Positions 63,115 to 64,000 of a stretch of DNA of 64,000 nt are shown here, piece by piece. Under the pieces are notes generated by a model. The model had not been told where the DNA came from and did no database searches. It was given only the letters and a program-made list of their open reading frames with translations. The stretch is taken from the NCBI GenBank assembly GCA_030141605.1, contig JAQGDQ010002369.1:434001-498000 (forward strand), read 5' to 3'. The position numbers and the translations under genes are program-made. Origin of the DNA: Tubiluchus corallicola. Lineage: Eukaryota > Animalia > Priapulida. Within the stretch, counting starts at the first letter, position 1. Each line of letters opens with the position of its first letter.

Positions 63115-63885
63115 TTAGTCCTTTGCATCATCGACCGATATACAGCACAATTTTTCTATCCATGAACAGATCATTGCAATAAAACTATCCAAGGACCAGT
63201 CGAAAGAGTCTTCTTCTAGTGGAACTCTCAGAATAGCGTCTGCCATCGATTTAGTCTGCTTATGGAATTCTTCTCTTTCAACCTGACGGTGATCTTCTTC
63301 AGCTTGGTGTATTACTGCGTCTTTGTTTCTGCCTGAAAAGACTTCACTATCGATAGAAATGCAAACGAATGTTTCTCTTCCTGCCCTTCCTGGAATTCTC
63401 AGTATGACTCTTTTGTTGTCGTTAGGCATATATCGAAAATAAAAGTCTGATTTTGGAACAGGAACTTCACGAGTATTATCTGTGTACGTTTCCTTGAAAT
63501 GTGATCTCATTTTCATGATTTCGATGATCACATCAGTTCTTCCACTCAACTCTGTTATGGCATTTAGTTTTTTATAAAGAGAGGTATGTGTCAAAGCCTC
63601 ATCAAATGTAACAATTTTGAGTTCGCCATCAGGAGTAATCTGAAAACAGTTGTCTCCATTCCCTTCTAGAAAAAGGTACGTACCCTCACGATCACATACT
63701 ACCATGATTTTTCCTCTCCGGTCTTGGATTACTACACCACTTTGTGAAGATGCACCCTGACTTTCAAGAAAGCGATCTCTGATACCAACAATTCTATCTA
63801 CGGTTTCCCAAGAAGACGCTTGTAATCCAAGGTATAGATCTTGATCTAGTTGCTCCTTTACTATATCGGGTTTTGTTACCGTCAT
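63115..63885 (-). CDS. Hypothetical protein
   Basis: 256-aa ORF with AT-rich upstream region. Confidence 0.7.
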   Translation of the reverse strand: MTVTKPDIVKEQLDQDLYLGLQASSWETVDRIVGIRDRFLESQGASSQSGVVIQDRRGKIMVVCDREGTYLFLEGNGDNCFQITPDGELKIVTFDEALTHTSLYKKLNAITELSGRTDVIIEIMKMRSHFKETYTDNTREVPVPKSDFYFRYMPNDNKRVILRIPGRAGRETFVCISIDSEVFSGRNKDAVIHQAEEDHRQVEREEFHKQTKSMADAILRVPLEEDSFDWSLDSFIAMICSWIEKLCCISVDDAKD

Positions 63886-64000
63886 TTATTTTGCTCATAT
63901 AATTCATTTCCCTTAATTATAAACGATTTATGTTAACAATAGATTAAAGATCCTTTAATTCGAGGTTAAAATTGAAGTGCTTAGAAAGAGAGGATTAAAG

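Overview
Genomic window from an environmental member of the Chlamydiota (Simkania/Rhabdochlamydia/Parachlamydia-like). This is inferred from a TLC/Npt nucleotide transporter, MOMP-like porins, chlamydial ihfA-hyp-accA-msbA synteny, groES-groEL beside pepF, and many effector-like or Inc-like ORFs. Positions ~1-21.5 kb form an accessory, partly decayed region. It opens with duplicated 3' halves of tRNA-Asn(GTT), probably att-site scars. Its cargo includes a signal-peptide-bearing Qng1 queuosine-salvage hydrolase paired with a divergent uridine-kinase-like gene, and a hydrophobic-tailed protein followed by three tiny paralogous membrane-protein genes absent from the ORF track. It also carries a LuxR/GNAT module, a class C beta-lactamase-like protein, a double-barrel porin, gldA and a RhoGAP-like effector. 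Positions ~22-42 kb hold transporters, a papain-fold effector candidate, two tandem LtaS/sulfatase-LRR fusion genes, a MOMP-like porin and further effector-like ORFs. Positions ~42-64 kb are mostly intact core genes (groEL/ES with CIRCE, pepF, ptsH, rpiA, tyrS, ihfA, L,D-transpeptidase, accA, msbA, dnaQ-like, pdhABC). No integrase, transposase, intact tRNA or CRISPR array was seen. All family calls come from motif recognition by eye, not database searches.
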